This document shows, piece after piece, positions 38,905 to 48,161 of a stretch of DNA of 64,000 nt; within the stretch, counting starts at the first letter, position 1, and every line of letters starts with the position of its first letter. Position numbers and translations under genes: made by a program. Below the pieces are notes generated by a model that saw only the letters and a program-made list of their open reading frames with translations, was not told the DNA's origin and ran no database searches. The stretch is from an uncultured Acidimicrobiaceae bacterium (GTDB lineage Bacteria > Actinomycetota > Acidimicrobiia > Spongiisociales > ZC4RG35): contig CAYVTP010000001.1 in NCBI GenBank assembly GCA_964454615.1, positions 3,070-67,069 of the forward strand. Reading direction: 5' to 3'.

Positions 38905-39824
38905 CAGTCGATCAGCCTTCGCCCGGTGAGGCGGAGGAACACGTCCTCCAGGGTCGATCGTCGGACCATCACCTGCTCGGGGTGGATGTTCCGCTCGTGG
39001 AGGTGCCTTTGGGTGGCGTCGGAGTCGTCGGTGTAGAGGAGCACCCGGTCGGCGAGTCTCTCGGTCTGTGCCGCCACCCCGTCCAGGTCGAGTCGGTCGT
39101 GGTCTCCCTCCCGGAAACGGAGCTCGACGACCTCTCTCGGGGCATGCTCCCGGATGAGCGCCGACGGGGAGCCTTCGGCCACGATCTTTCCGTTGTCCAT
39201 GATCACCAGCCGGTCACAAAGCTGTTCCGCCTCGTCCATGTAGTGGGTGGTGATGATCAGGGTCGCCCCGCGCCGCTTGAGGCGATACAGCCGTTCCCAG
39301 AGAAGGTGGCGTGCCTGGGGGTCGAGGCCGGTCGTCGGCTCGTCGAGTATCACCAGCTCGGGGTCGTTGATCAGAGCCCGAGCTATGGTGAGTCGCCGTT
39401 TCATGCCTCCGGACAGGGGCTCGACCCGGGAGTCCTTGCGTTCGGTGAGCTGGGCGAAGTCGAGTAGCTCGGTGACCCTGGGGGCTATCTCGGACCGGGT
39501 CATGTCGTGGTAGCGGCCGTATATGTAGAGGTTCTCGCCGACGGTCATCTCCAGGTCGAGGTTGTCCTCCTGGGGGACCACGCCGATCCGCGACCTGATC
39601 TGCCGACCGTCGGTGGCCGGGTCGAGGCCGAAGACCGAGAGTTTGCCCTCGGTGATCGGGCTCACCGTGGTGATCATCTTCATGGTGGACGTCTTGCCGG
39701 CCCCGTTTGGCCCGAGGAACCCGAAGGCCTCCCCCTTGCGGATGTCGAAGTCGATGGCGTCCACCGCGGTGAAGTCGTCGAATCGCTTGGTAAGGCCGCG
39801 GGCCTCTACGAGGTTCTCGGTCAT
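38904..39824 (-). CDS. ABC transporter ATP-binding protein (DrrA/NodI-like)
   Basis: Walker A GPNGAGKTST, signature LSGGMKRR, Walker B VILDEP. Start MTENLVEARG (cat at 39822-39824). Confidence 0.8.
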   Translation of the reverse strand: MTENLVEARGLTKRFDDFTAVDAIDFDIRKGEAFGFLGPNGAGKTSTMKMITTVSPITEGKLSVFGLDPATDGRQIRSRIGVVPQEDNLDLEMTVGENLYIYGRYHDMTRSEIAPRVTELLDFAQLTERKDSRVEPLSGGMKRRLTIARALINDPELVILDEPTTGLDPQARHLLWERLYRLKRRGATLIITTHYMDEAEQLCDRLVIMDNGKIVAEGSPSALIREHAPREVVELRFREGDHDRLDLDGVAAQTERLADRVLLYTDDSDATQRHLHERNIHPEQVMVRRSTLEDVFLRLTGRRLID

Positions 39825-39926
39825 TGCTCCTGGCAAGGTAGTCGGGGTGTGTGACAAGGTCCCAAGGGTTTTCGGACCGCGCCGGGATCTATGGACCCGG
39901 CCTCGGACTTCGCGCCGGGAGGAGTC

Positions 39927-40424
39927 TCAGTTCACTCCGTCGATCCGCACCAGTGCCTCCCGGTCCTTGCGCCCTCCGAACTTGCGGGGCTTGGCGTCCG
40001 CGGCGGGATAGCCCAGGGCAACCGCGTACATCGCCACCTGGTCTTTCCCGAGGCCGAGGAAGGACCCTGCGTCATCGTTGCGATGCAGGGTGATCGGACA
40101 GCTCGCGACTCCGACTGCCCGTGCCGCCAGCATGATGTTCTGCGCCACCCGGCCTATGTCGAACATGTTTCCACCGGCCTCCTTGACCAGGACGATGGTT
40201 GCAGCAGAGTCGCGGACGGGTTGGGTGAAGTCCCCGTGCTCGGCGAGTCCCTGGAGCCGGTCCGGGTCGTTGACCACCACGAAGGACCAATCCTGGCGGT
40301 TCTTCGAGCTCCCGGTCCACCTGGCAGCCTCGAGAATGGCATCGAGGTCGTCGGGGTCGAGGGGACCGTCCTTGTAGTCACGGATGGCGCGCTGGCCGAG
40401 GATGAACTGGTAGATGTCGGACAT
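39927..40424 (-). CDS. nitroreductase family protein
   Basis: 165 aa; paralogue of 31944..32459. Confidence 0.75.
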   Translation of the reverse strand: MSDIYQFILGQRAIRDYKDGPLDPDDLDAILEAARWTGSSKNRQDWSFVVVNDPDRLQGLAEHGDFTQPVRDSAATIVLVKEAGGNMFDIGRVAQNIMLAARAVGVASCPITLHRNDDAGSFLGLGKDQVAMYAVALGYPAADAKPRKFGGRKDREALVRIDGVN

Positions 40425-40433
40425 TCGGTCAGG

Positions 40434-40874
40434 TTAGGTGCGCGGGTAGAGGATGTACTGGGTGCAGCGGAAGAGGGCTATCACCTTCCCGCTCGCATCC
40501 GCGGTCACCTCGGTGTCCCACACCTGGGTCGTCTTCCCGCCATGTACCAGGGTTGCGTCGGCGATCAGGGCGCCTTCGAGTGCTGTTCCCAGGAAGTTGA
40601 TCTTCATCTCGATGGTGGTGAACCCGGTTGCACCGTCGGGGAGGCTGGCGATGCACCCGTAACCGGCTGATGTATCGGCCAGGGTGACGACCGTACCGGC
40701 GTGGAGATATCCGTTGGGCGCCTTGTGGAACTCCTGTATGTCGCATCTCATCCGTACCCGTCCGTGCCCGATTTCGATGACCTCCAAGCCCATGTGCCCG
40801 GGGAGGAGACTGTCACCGGCAGAGGCGAGGGTCTCCGCGAGTTTGTGTCGCGAGTTGTCGTTACCATCGGTCAT
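40434..40874 (-). CDS. PaaI-family hotdog-fold thioesterase
   Basis: 146 aa; YLHAGTVVTLADT motif; paralogue of 31503..31913. Confidence 0.75.
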   Translation of the reverse strand: MTDGNDNSRHKLAETLASAGDSLLPGHMGLEVIEIGHGRVRMRCDIQEFHKAPNGYLHAGTVVTLADTSAGYGCIASLPDGATGFTTIEMKINFLGTALEGALIADATLVHGGKTTQVWDTEVTADASGKVIALFRCTQYILYPRT

Positions 40875-40935
40875 CTCGCGAAGATAACCAGTCGAGTTCG
40901 CGCCACCGACCCTTCAGCATGAGGAGTATCAACCA

Positions 40936-41661
40936 ATGCCAACACCCACGCCGCACATCTCGGCCGAGAAGGGGGACTTCGCCCCTTCGATCCTGCTCCC
41001 CGGCGATCCGCTCCGGGCCAAGTACATCGCAGAGAATTTCCTCGACGAGGTCCGTCAGGTGAATGCGGTCCGCAACATGTTCGGTTACACCGGGAGCTAC
41101 GAAGGTGTCCCCATCTCGGTGATGGGGACCGGCATGGGGATCCCCTCCGCCTCCATCTACGCAACCGAGCTGATCGTCGAATACGACGTGGAGAGGCTGA
41201 TCCGGGTCGGCTCCTGCGGCGGAATCCAGCCCGATGTCGAGGTCCGCGATGTGGTCCTGGCCGTCGGCGCCTGCACCGACTCGCCGGTCAATCGGATGCG
41301 CTACGGGGGATACGACTTCGCCGCCACCGCTGACTTCGCCCTCCTCGTTGGGGCTGCCGAGACCGCCGCCGAGAAAGGGGTGGAGGTGAAGGTGGGCAAC
41401 ATCCACTCCGCCGACCTGTTCTACAACCCCGACCCGCGAGCCTTCGACCTGATGGAGGCGATGGGTGTCCTGGCGGTGGAGATGGAGGCCGCCGGGCTGT
41501 ACGGCGTCGCCGCCGAGAAGGGTGCCCGTGCACTGGTCATCTGCACCGTCTCCGACCATGTCCGCACCGGCGAGTCGCTCAGCTCAGACGACCGTGAACG
41601 GTCATTCGCCGAGATGGTGGAGATAGCCCTGGACACGGTCCGGAAGGACTCCGACGCTTGA
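40936..41661 (+). CDS. deoD: purine-nucleoside phosphorylase, DeoD-type
   Basis: Full-length DeoD similarity ([15 protein letters not shown]..., [10 protein letters not shown]..., RVGSCGG). Confidence 0.85.
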   Translation: MPTPTPHISAEKGDFAPSILLPGDPLRAKYIAENFLDEVRQVNAVRNMFGYTGSYEGVPISVMGTGMGIPSASIYATELIVEYDVERLIRVGSCGGIQPDVEVRDVVLAVGACTDSPVNRMRYGGYDFAATADFALLVGAAETAAEKGVEVKVGNIHSADLFYNPDPRAFDLMEAMGVLAVEMEAAGLYGVAAEKGARALVICTVSDHVRTGESLSSDDRERSFAEMVEIALDTVRKDSDA

Positions 41662-41676
41662 AGCGTTGAGCCGTCA

Positions 41677-42357
41677 GTGACCCTCAACCGAAGCATGGTC
41701 CGCAAGGGGGTGGGCGACGCCCTCCCCCTGTTCCTCACGGTGATCCCGTTCGCCCTGATCATCGGGTTGGCCGTGGTCGAGTCCGGTCTTGCGCCCCTGG
41801 TCGGGTGGTCCACCTCACCCCTCATCTTCGGGGGCGCGGCCCAGCTGGTGGTGTTGACCCTCCTCGGGACGGGGGGAGCAGTCTTTGCGGTCATTTCGGC
41901 TGCGCTGGTCATACAGGCACGGCACCTCCTCTATTCGGCGGCGCTGGCGCCGGTGTTCCAGAGACAGCCGCGTTGGTTCCGTTGGATCGCCCCGTACGCC
42001 CTCATCGACCAGATGTTCGCCCTCACCGTTGTCCGTGTCGGCGACGACCCGGTCGACTTCCGCAGCTACTACATAGGCACTGCCTCGGTCTACATGATCG
42101 GCTGGAACACCATGACCGCCGCAGGGCTCCTCATCGGCCCACAGGTGCCCACCAGCTGGGAGTTGGGGTTCGCGGTTCCCCTGATGTTCGTGGTCCTGCT
42201 GGTCATCGGCATCGATCGTTGGCCGAAGCTGGCGGCGGCCGTCGCCGCGGCCGGGGCCACCTATCTCTCGGCCGGATTGCCCAACAAGACGAGCCTCCTT
42301 GTGGGTGGTGGTGCCGGGGTGTTGGTGGGTCTCATCGTCTCGAGGTTGCGACGATGA
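41677..42357 (+). CDS. azlC: AzlC family branched-chain amino acid transport protein
   Basis: AzlC pattern, 5-6 TM. GTG start. Confidence 0.8.
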   Translation: MTLNRSMVRKGVGDALPLFLTVIPFALIIGLAVVESGLAPLVGWSTSPLIFGGAAQLVVLTLLGTGGAVFAVISAALVIQARHLLYSAALAPVFQRQPRWFRWIAPYALIDQMFALTVVRVGDDPVDFRSYYIGTASVYMIGWNTMTAAGLLIGPQVPTSWELGFAVPLMFVVLLVIGIDRWPKLAAAVAAAGATYLSAGLPNKTSLLVGGGAGVLVGLIVSRLRR

Positions 42358-42662
42358 CCGCGATGTTGGTGATTCTCGCCGTGGGTGTGGGCACCTACCT
42401 GACCCGGTCGGTGTTCATCGTGGCCCTGGCCAACCGCCGCATTCCACCCCTGGTCCTCACCGCCCTGGAGTTCGTAGCACCAGCGGTGCTGGCGGCCCTG
42501 GTGGTCTCGTTGGTGGTCGACGTCAACGGCGGTCTCGACGTGGCGGCACCGGAGATAGCCGGTTTGCTCGTCGGAGGCACCACGGTCTATCTCCGGCGCA
42601 ACTTCCTGCTGGCGGCCGCCCTGGGGATGACCGCTTTCTGGGTTGTCCGGGCGCTTGTCTAG
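42354..42662 (+). CDS. azlD: AzlD family protein
   Basis: 102 aa, 3 TM. ATGA overlap with the azlC stop. Confidence 0.75.
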   Translation: MTAMLVILAVGVGTYLTRSVFIVALANRRIPPLVLTALEFVAPAVLAALVVSLVVDVNGGLDVAAPEIAGLLVGGTTVYLRRNFLLAAALGMTAFWVVRALV

Positions 42663-44035
42663 CCGAACAGGTCGGTGATCAACCCGGTCTCGAGCGCAAT
42701 GATCAACACGGAGAGGACCCACATCATGGGATGGACCTCCTTCACCTTGCCGCTGATCGCCATGAGAACGGTGTGGCCAACGATCCCGAGAGCGATGCCG
42801 AATGTGATCGAGAAGGTGAATGGCATCCCGAGGATCGCGAGGAGGGCGGGAATCGCCATCCGGTAGTTGGTCCAGTCGACCTTGACCGCACCGGTCATCA
42901 TCATCGCCCCGATCACGATCAAGGCGGCCGAGGTAGCCACCTGGGGTATCGCTGCGGCTAGAGGCGAGAACATCATCCCGAGGAGGAAGAGTCCCGCAAC
43001 GACCAGGCCGGTCAGCCCGGTCCGGCCGCCCTCCTCCACGCCAGCCGCCGACTCGATGTAGGTGGTGGTGGTCGAAGTGCCGAGCAAGGCCCCCACGCTG
43101 GTGGCCGCACCATCGGCCGAGAAGGCGGCCCGGGGAGCGGCGATGTTGCCCTGCTCGTCGAGCATCCCGGCCTTGTCGGTCAGCCCAATGAGTGTGCCGG
43201 CGCTGTCGAAGAAGTCGACGAAGAGGAAGGTGAACACCACGGCCACCACTCCCAGTCCGAGCGCAGCACCAATGTCCAGCTGGCCGATCAGGTCGCCGGG
43301 CCAGGTGAACCCGAAGATCTGGCCGAATCCTCCAAACGCCTCTCCCTGGTAGACCGGGAGCCGGCTCACGATGGCGATCGCCGTGACGCCCAGGATCCCG
43401 ATGAGGATCGCCCCCTTGACCCGGAGGGCGAGCAGGGCGGCGGTCCCGAGGAGCCCGGCCAAGGCAAGCCACGGTGTCCAGGTGGTGAAGTCACCGAACG
43501 TCACGAGTGTGGCCTCGCTGGCCTGGACCAAGCCGCTCCCTTGGAACCCGATGAAGGCCAGAAATGCCCCGATGCCGGCGGTGATGGCGTGCTTCAGGTA
43601 GAGCGGGATGGCGTCGAGCACCCACTTCCGGACGCCGGTGAGGGCGATGATCAGGAAGAGGATGCCGGACACGAACACCGCTCCCAGGGCGGTCTGCCAG
43701 GGGATACCCAGCCCGAGCACCACGGTGAAGGTGAAATAGGCGTTGAGCCCCATACCCGGAGCCAGGGCGAAAGGCAGCTTCGCCCATAGCGCCATCACCA
43801 GGGTGCCGATTGCGGCCGCCAGAGCGGTCACCGTCAGCAGCTGTGGGAACACGTTGTCGACGTCGCTGATCGCTATCGACAGAATCGACGGGTTGACGAA
43901 GAGGATGTAGGCCATGGCCAGGAAGGTGGTCACCCCTGCCCGCACCTCGGTCCCGACCGTGGACCCTCGTGCCGTTATGTCGAAGTAACGATCGAGCCCA
44001 CTGGTGTTCGTGGCGGGCGTTTCTGTCATGGCCAT
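42659..44035 (-). CDS. NCS2 family nucleobase permease (AzgA/PbuG-like)
   Basis: Full-length NCS2 similarity. Start MAMTETPATN (cat at 44033-44035) with a GGAGGAGAG SD. The 44036..44425 extension is non-coding. Confidence 0.8.
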   Translation of the reverse strand: MAMTETPATNTSGLDRYFDITARGSTVGTEVRAGVTTFLAMAYILFVNPSILSIAISDVDNVFPQLLTVTALAAAIGTLVMALWAKLPFALAPGMGLNAYFTFTVVLGLGIPWQTALGAVFVSGILFLIIALTGVRKWVLDAIPLYLKHAITAGIGAFLAFIGFQGSGLVQASEATLVTFGDFTTWTPWLALAGLLGTAALLALRVKGAILIGILGVTAIAIVSRLPVYQGEAFGGFGQIFGFTWPGDLIGQLDIGAALGLGVVAVVFTFLFVDFFDSAGTLIGLTDKAGMLDEQGNIAAPRAAFSADGAATSVGALLGTSTTTTYIESAAGVEEGGRTGLTGLVVAGLFLLGMMFSPLAAAIPQVATSAALIVIGAMMMTGAVKVDWTNYRMAIPALLAILGMPFTFSITFGIALGIVGHTVLMAISGKVKEVHPMMWVLSVLIIALETGLITDLFG

Positions 44036-44148
44036 CTCGGCTCTCCTCCAGACTCTCGACTGTGGGGCGAACCTAGTACCGGGCGCAGGGCGCGTGTCGC
44101 CCGAATCGGGTGTCAGTTCCGGGGAATTTGGGCGGTGCCTCGCCAGGT

Positions 44149-44436
44149 TCAGTCGTCGGTCTCGACTATCACCACACTCCGGTTGCTGCAGGCCTGTGCC
44201 TGGCCGGTGATGGCCTGGTACTCGGGAGACCGGTAACAGGCTATGGCCTGCTCGAAGGTCTCGAAGCGGATGACCACATTTCGGGCGTGGTCCTTCCCCT
44301 CCATCTGCTGGTACCGGCCCCCCCGGGCGATGAACACGCCGCCTTTCGACGGAAGAACCTGGGCCGCTTTGGCCGCATACTCGGCGTAGCCGTCGGCATC
44401 GGTGACTTCGACATGCCCGATCCAAAGCGCCGGCAA
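44149..44436 (-). CDS. DUF1330 domain protein
   Basis: 96 aa; LWIGHVEVTDADGYAEYAAK pattern of DUF1330. TTG start preceded by AAGGGAG. Confidence 0.55.
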   Translation of the reverse strand: MPALWIGHVEVTDADGYAEYAAKAAQVLPSKGGVFIARGGRYQQMEGKDHARNVVIRFETFEQAIACYRSPEYQAITGQAQACSNRSVVIVETDD

Positions 44437-44528
44437 TTGATCTCCCTTCGTAGAGAGTACGATCCTATGTCTTCCGAGTACCCAGTACCCGGTACCCGGA
44501 TCGGCACAGGGACGAGGCCCGGGCGGGT

Positions 44529-45161
44529 TTATGTGCCCTGGGGCTTTCCGAGCAGTGGGGCGACACCGTCCGGGACGCGGATCAGGATCTCGTCGGCCAG
44601 GCCGTAGGAGACGGCCTCCTCGGCGGTCATCCAACGGTCTCGTTCGGTGTCGTCCTTGACCTGCTCCTCGCTACGACCGGTGTGCCGGGCGAGCACCTGG
44701 TGCATCTCCTGCTTCTGGCGGAGTAGCTCCCGGGCGTGGATCTCGATGTCTGTGACCTGGCCGGTGAGCCCTCCGTGGAGGCTCGGCTGATGGATGAGCA
44801 CCCTGGCGTGGGGCAGCACACGTCTCCTGCCCGGTTCCCCCGAGGCGAGGATCACAGCACCAGCGGAGGCTGCCATTCCGACGCAGGTGGTGGAGACCGG
44901 CGGCCGGACATACTGGATGGCGTCGTAGATGGCCATCATGGCCGAACCGTCGCCGCCGGGGGAGTTGATGTACAGGGAGATCTCCTTCTCCGGGTCTTCG
45001 CTCTCCAGGTGGAGCAACTGGGCGACGATGAGGTTGGCCAGGGTGGGGTCGAACTCGCGACCGAGAAAGATGATCCGGTGGGCCAGGAGACGTGAATAGA
45101 TGTCGTAGGCGCGTTCGCCCCGCGCCGACTGTTCGATCACGGTGGGTATGAGGGTCGACAC
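44529..45161 (-). CDS. clpP: ATP-dependent Clp protease proteolytic subunit
   Basis: Catalytic triad context ([15 protein letters not shown]). GTG start with an AAGGAGG SD. Confidence 0.9.
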   Translation of the reverse strand: MSTLIPTVIEQSARGERAYDIYSRLLAHRIIFLGREFDPTLANLIVAQLLHLESEDPEKEISLYINSPGGDGSAMMAIYDAIQYVRPPVSTTCVGMAASAGAVILASGEPGRRRVLPHARVLIHQPSLHGGLTGQVTDIEIHARELLRQKQEMHQVLARHTGRSEEQVKDDTERDRWMTAEEAVSYGLADEILIRVPDGVAPLLGKPQGT

Positions 45162-45183
45162 GGTTCTCCTCCTTGCCGGGTAA

Positions 45184-45240
45184 GGTGCAACTGTTGGGTT
45201 GCGTTACCCTAACATATGCGCAACCACTAGGTTGCGTAAA
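45184..45240. promoter_or_regulatory. array of GTTGCG/CGCAAC hexamer repeats in the divergent clpP / SRPBCC-arsR promoter region
   Basis: TGCAAC(45187-91), GGTTGCG(45198-204), CGCAACC(45219-25), GGTTGCG(45230-36) give inverted and direct copies. Candidate ArsR-family or ClgR-type operator. Confidence 0.35.
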
Positions 45241-45249
45241 GGAGCGAAC

Positions 45250-45666
45250 ATGAGTGATGCAGGCGAGGCCGGCTGGGCCGACATCTCGGTGGAACGATCG
45301 ATGGAGTTGGAGGCCGAGATCGAAAGTGTGTGGGAGAACGTGGTCGAGGGGCCACTGGTCTCCGAGTGGATCGGTTCGCCGATGTCCATCGAGCCGCGGG
45401 TGGGGGGAGCAGTGGACTTCGCTCCCGACGGCGAGCCATTCATCGGAACGGTGGAGGAGGTTGTGCCTGGCCGCTCCATCACCTGGTCGTGGAGGCATCC
45501 CGATCGCGATCCGTCACAGGTGACCATCACACTCGAACCGGCAGGAAGGGGGACAACGATCACGGTGGTCGAACGTCTGCTGCCCTATCGGATCATCGAC
45601 ATCAGGACTTGGCCCGGCGCCATCGAGATGCGCCAGAGCACGATGGCAGTTCGCCTCGCCGCATGA
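45250..45666 (+). CDS. SRPBCC/AHSA1-family protein
   Basis: 139 aa; Aha1-like/START-like fold pattern. AAGGAG SD. ATGA overlap with the downstream arsR. Confidence 0.7.
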   Translation: MSDAGEAGWADISVERSMELEAEIESVWENVVEGPLVSEWIGSPMSIEPRVGGAVDFAPDGEPFIGTVEEVVPGRSITWSWRHPDRDPSQVTITLEPAGRGTTITVVERLLPYRIIDIRTWPGAIEMRQSTMAVRLAA

Positions 45667-45971
45667 CGGATGTCCAGGCGCTCTTCGCCGCCCTGGCCGA
45701 CCCAACCAGGCGCAACGTCCTCTACCGGCTGGTGAGCGACGGCCCTACGACGGCAACCTCGTTGGCCTCCGGGCTCCCGATGTCGAGGCAGGCTGTGTCA
45801 AAGCACCTGGGGATCCTCCATGACGCCGGCCTGGTGGAGCGGGAGGTGGTGGGACGGGAGGCGCACTTCCGGGCTGCCCCGGCGGCCCTGGACGAGGTGC
45901 GCGACTGGATCGACAGAGTCGGAGGCCAATGGGACAGGCGATTGGAGAGGCTCAGGGACACCTTCGGGTAG
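45663..45971 (+). CDS. ArsR/SmtB family transcriptional regulator
   Basis: LADPTRRNVLYRL...SRQAVSKHLGILHDAGLV is an ArsR HTH. Confidence 0.8.
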   Translation: MTDVQALFAALADPTRRNVLYRLVSDGPTTATSLASGLPMSRQAVSKHLGILHDAGLVEREVVGREAHFRAAPAALDEVRDWIDRVGGQWDRRLERLRDTFG

Positions 45972-45991
45972 GGGCCGGATACGATCCCGGG

Positions 45992-46624
45992 ATGCCCACC
46001 GACCGGCCCTCGCGCCACACCGGGTCGACATTGGCCGACTCCGACCGGCTGAAGGGTCGCGCCCGACGCGCCAAGAATGCGCTGAGGCTGGCCGGCGGAG
46101 TCCTCTTCATCCACGCCATGGTGAGCCTTGCCCTGGTCTTCACTGCCGAGACGGCCGCGGTGCTGTGGACCGCATACGACCTGTTGGGGTACTGGTACCT
46201 GCTGGTCCTGGTCGCCACCGCCGGGTTGTTCATCAGCTGGCACCACTCGGCGCACCGGAACCTCCGGACATATGGGAGGGAGCCGCGATTCGCCGATGCC
46301 GCAACCGTCTACTGGTGGTTCATACCGGTGGCCAACCTGATCATGCCCTACCTGGTGGTCAAGGAGACTGTCGATGAGACGAAGGAACTGTTCCCCGGAT
46401 TTGTCGAGTCGGATCCAACCCGCCTGTGGTGGGGGCTCTTCGCCGGTGGTTACGTGTTGAGCCTGGCCACCGCGCTGACCGCGGGCGGCGACCTCGCTCA
46501 GGTGGAGTTACTCCTCGGCCTGGAGAGTGCCGCAGGGATGATGATGGCGATTGCCACTCGTCATGCAGTCAAGCTGGTCCGGTTGGTGACCGCGATCCAG
46601 ACCGGGGAGACGGCCTCGCTCTGA
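45992..46624 (+). CDS. DUF4328-like membrane protein
   Basis: 4 TM; WWFIPVANLIMPY motif. Confidence 0.5.
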   Translation: MPTDRPSRHTGSTLADSDRLKGRARRAKNALRLAGGVLFIHAMVSLALVFTAETAAVLWTAYDLLGYWYLLVLVATAGLFISWHHSAHRNLRTYGREPRFADAATVYWWFIPVANLIMPYLVVKETVDETKELFPGFVESDPTRLWWGLFAGGYVLSLATALTAGGDLAQVELLLGLESAAGMMMAIATRHAVKLVRLVTAIQTGETASL

Positions 46625-46658
46625 GCAGTTGTCGCTTGGATTTCGGGACAATGCGGGT

Positions 46659-47990
46659 TCAGGCGACGACGAAGACAAAGGCCACGACGCCCAGCACCGC
46701 GCACACACCGATGGTGCGGAGCAGGGGCCATCGCCACCTGAACAGCGCCAGGAACGCCAGCACGGCGATCAGTGCGGCGACAGGATCCAAAGTCGACAGG
46801 TCCGGCAGATGGAGGCGGATGCCCCAGCGGGATGTCTCGGTCACCTGTCCGAAAAGGGTGTGCAGGGAGAACCAGATCGCGAGGTTGAGGATCACCCCGA
46901 CGACCGCAGCCGTGATCGAGGAGAGGGTGGCAGTGAGGCGCTGGTTTCCTCGAAGTGACTCGACGTAGGGGCCACCGGCGAGGATCCAGATGAAGCATGG
47001 GACGAAGGTCACCCATGTGACTAGGACGGCGGCGAGCACCCCGGCGAACATCGGGTCGATCCCGAGATCCGCCCGGTAGGCGCCCATGAACCCGACGAAC
47101 TGGACCACCTGGATGAGGGGCCCCGGTGTCGTCTCCGCCATCCCCAGACCGTCGAGCATCTCCCCGGGGAGGAGCCAGCCGAAGTTGTCGACGGCCTGTT
47201 GCGCCACATAGGCCAGGACCGCGTACGCGCCACCGAAGGTGACAACGGCTGCGGTGGAGAAGAACACGCCCTGTTCCACCCAGATGCTGTTGCGTCCGAA
47301 GAGGACTGCGAGGACGGCGATCGGGGACAGCCAAATGGTGAGGCCGATGGCGAGCACCCTGAGCGACCGCCTCGCCGAAGGTGCTGCCGGTTGAACGTGG
47401 TCGGGCAGTAGCGCCGGCCGGTTCGGTACTCCGGTCGGCTTGGGCTCGTCGATGACCTCGAACGACTCAGGCCGGTATCGGCCTCCGAGGTAGCCGATGA
47501 TGCCGGCGCCGGCGATGATCAGGGGAAAGGGGATGTCCAGGAAGAAGATGGCGACGAACGCACCAGTTGCGATGCCGTACATGGCGTGGTTCTTGAGGAC
47601 GCGTGCTCCGAGTCGGACCACGGCGGCGGCGACGATGGCCATGACTGCGGGCTTGATCCCATAGAAGATCCCCTCCACCAGCGTGACGTCGGCGTATCCG
47701 GCATAGAGGACGCTGAGGATCAGGATGGCCACGAACCCGGGCAGGATGAACAGGCCGCCGGCGATCAGCCCTCCCCGAACCCCGTGCAGGAGCCAGCCGA
47801 GATAGGTGGCCAGTTGCTGGGCCTCGGGGCCGGGGAGAAGCATCGAGTAGTTGAGGCCGTGGAGGAACCTCCGCTCGGAGAACCAGTTGCGCTCCTCCAC
47901 CAGGAGGCGATGCATCACGCCTATCTGGCCTGCCGGGCCACCGAAGCTGTTGAGGGCTACCTGACCCCAGACGCGGGTGGCATCGCGCAT
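46659..47990 (-). CDS. chrA: chromate transporter ChrA (CHR family)
   Basis: Duplicated CHR domains (ALNSFGGPAGQIGVMH..., LPGPEAQQLATYLG...). Start MRDATRVWG (cat at 47988-47990). Confidence 0.8.
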   Translation of the reverse strand: MRDATRVWGQVALNSFGGPAGQIGVMHRLLVEERNWFSERRFLHGLNYSMLLPGPEAQQLATYLGWLLHGVRGGLIAGGLFILPGFVAILILSVLYAGYADVTLVEGIFYGIKPAVMAIVAAAVVRLGARVLKNHAMYGIATGAFVAIFFLDIPFPLIIAGAGIIGYLGGRYRPESFEVIDEPKPTGVPNRPALLPDHVQPAAPSARRSLRVLAIGLTIWLSPIAVLAVLFGRNSIWVEQGVFFSTAAVVTFGGAYAVLAYVAQQAVDNFGWLLPGEMLDGLGMAETTPGPLIQVVQFVGFMGAYRADLGIDPMFAGVLAAVLVTWVTFVPCFIWILAGGPYVESLRGNQRLTATLSSITAAVVGVILNLAIWFSLHTLFGQVTETSRWGIRLHLPDLSTLDPVAALIAVLAFLALFRWRWPLLRTIGVCAVLGVVAFVFVVA

Positions 47991-48161
47991 GCTGATTCCA
48001 TGGTCGGGCCCGCCCTGGGCTCTCTCGGACTCGCCGCCGGCCCTGCTCTCCTGTTCACTCACCTGTCCGGCATTCTCGCGCGCCTCCCGCCGGGGTGCGG
48101 CTACGCCAGCAGTGTCTGGACGTCGGCGACGCACCTGAGACGACGGGGATACACTCCAGGC

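Noticed and set aside
44036-44148. Purine riboswitch upstream of the NCS2 nucleobase permease
   Set aside because: No UAUA...GGGA...UAUGGCCC-type conserved junction sequences seen.
47586-48161. 192-aa N-terminal extension of the LuxR-regulator ORF
   Set aside because: Overlaps chrA on the opposite strand and is Gly/Asp/His-rich low-complexity; an internal GTG at 48162 gives a sensible N-terminus just before the Walker A motif.
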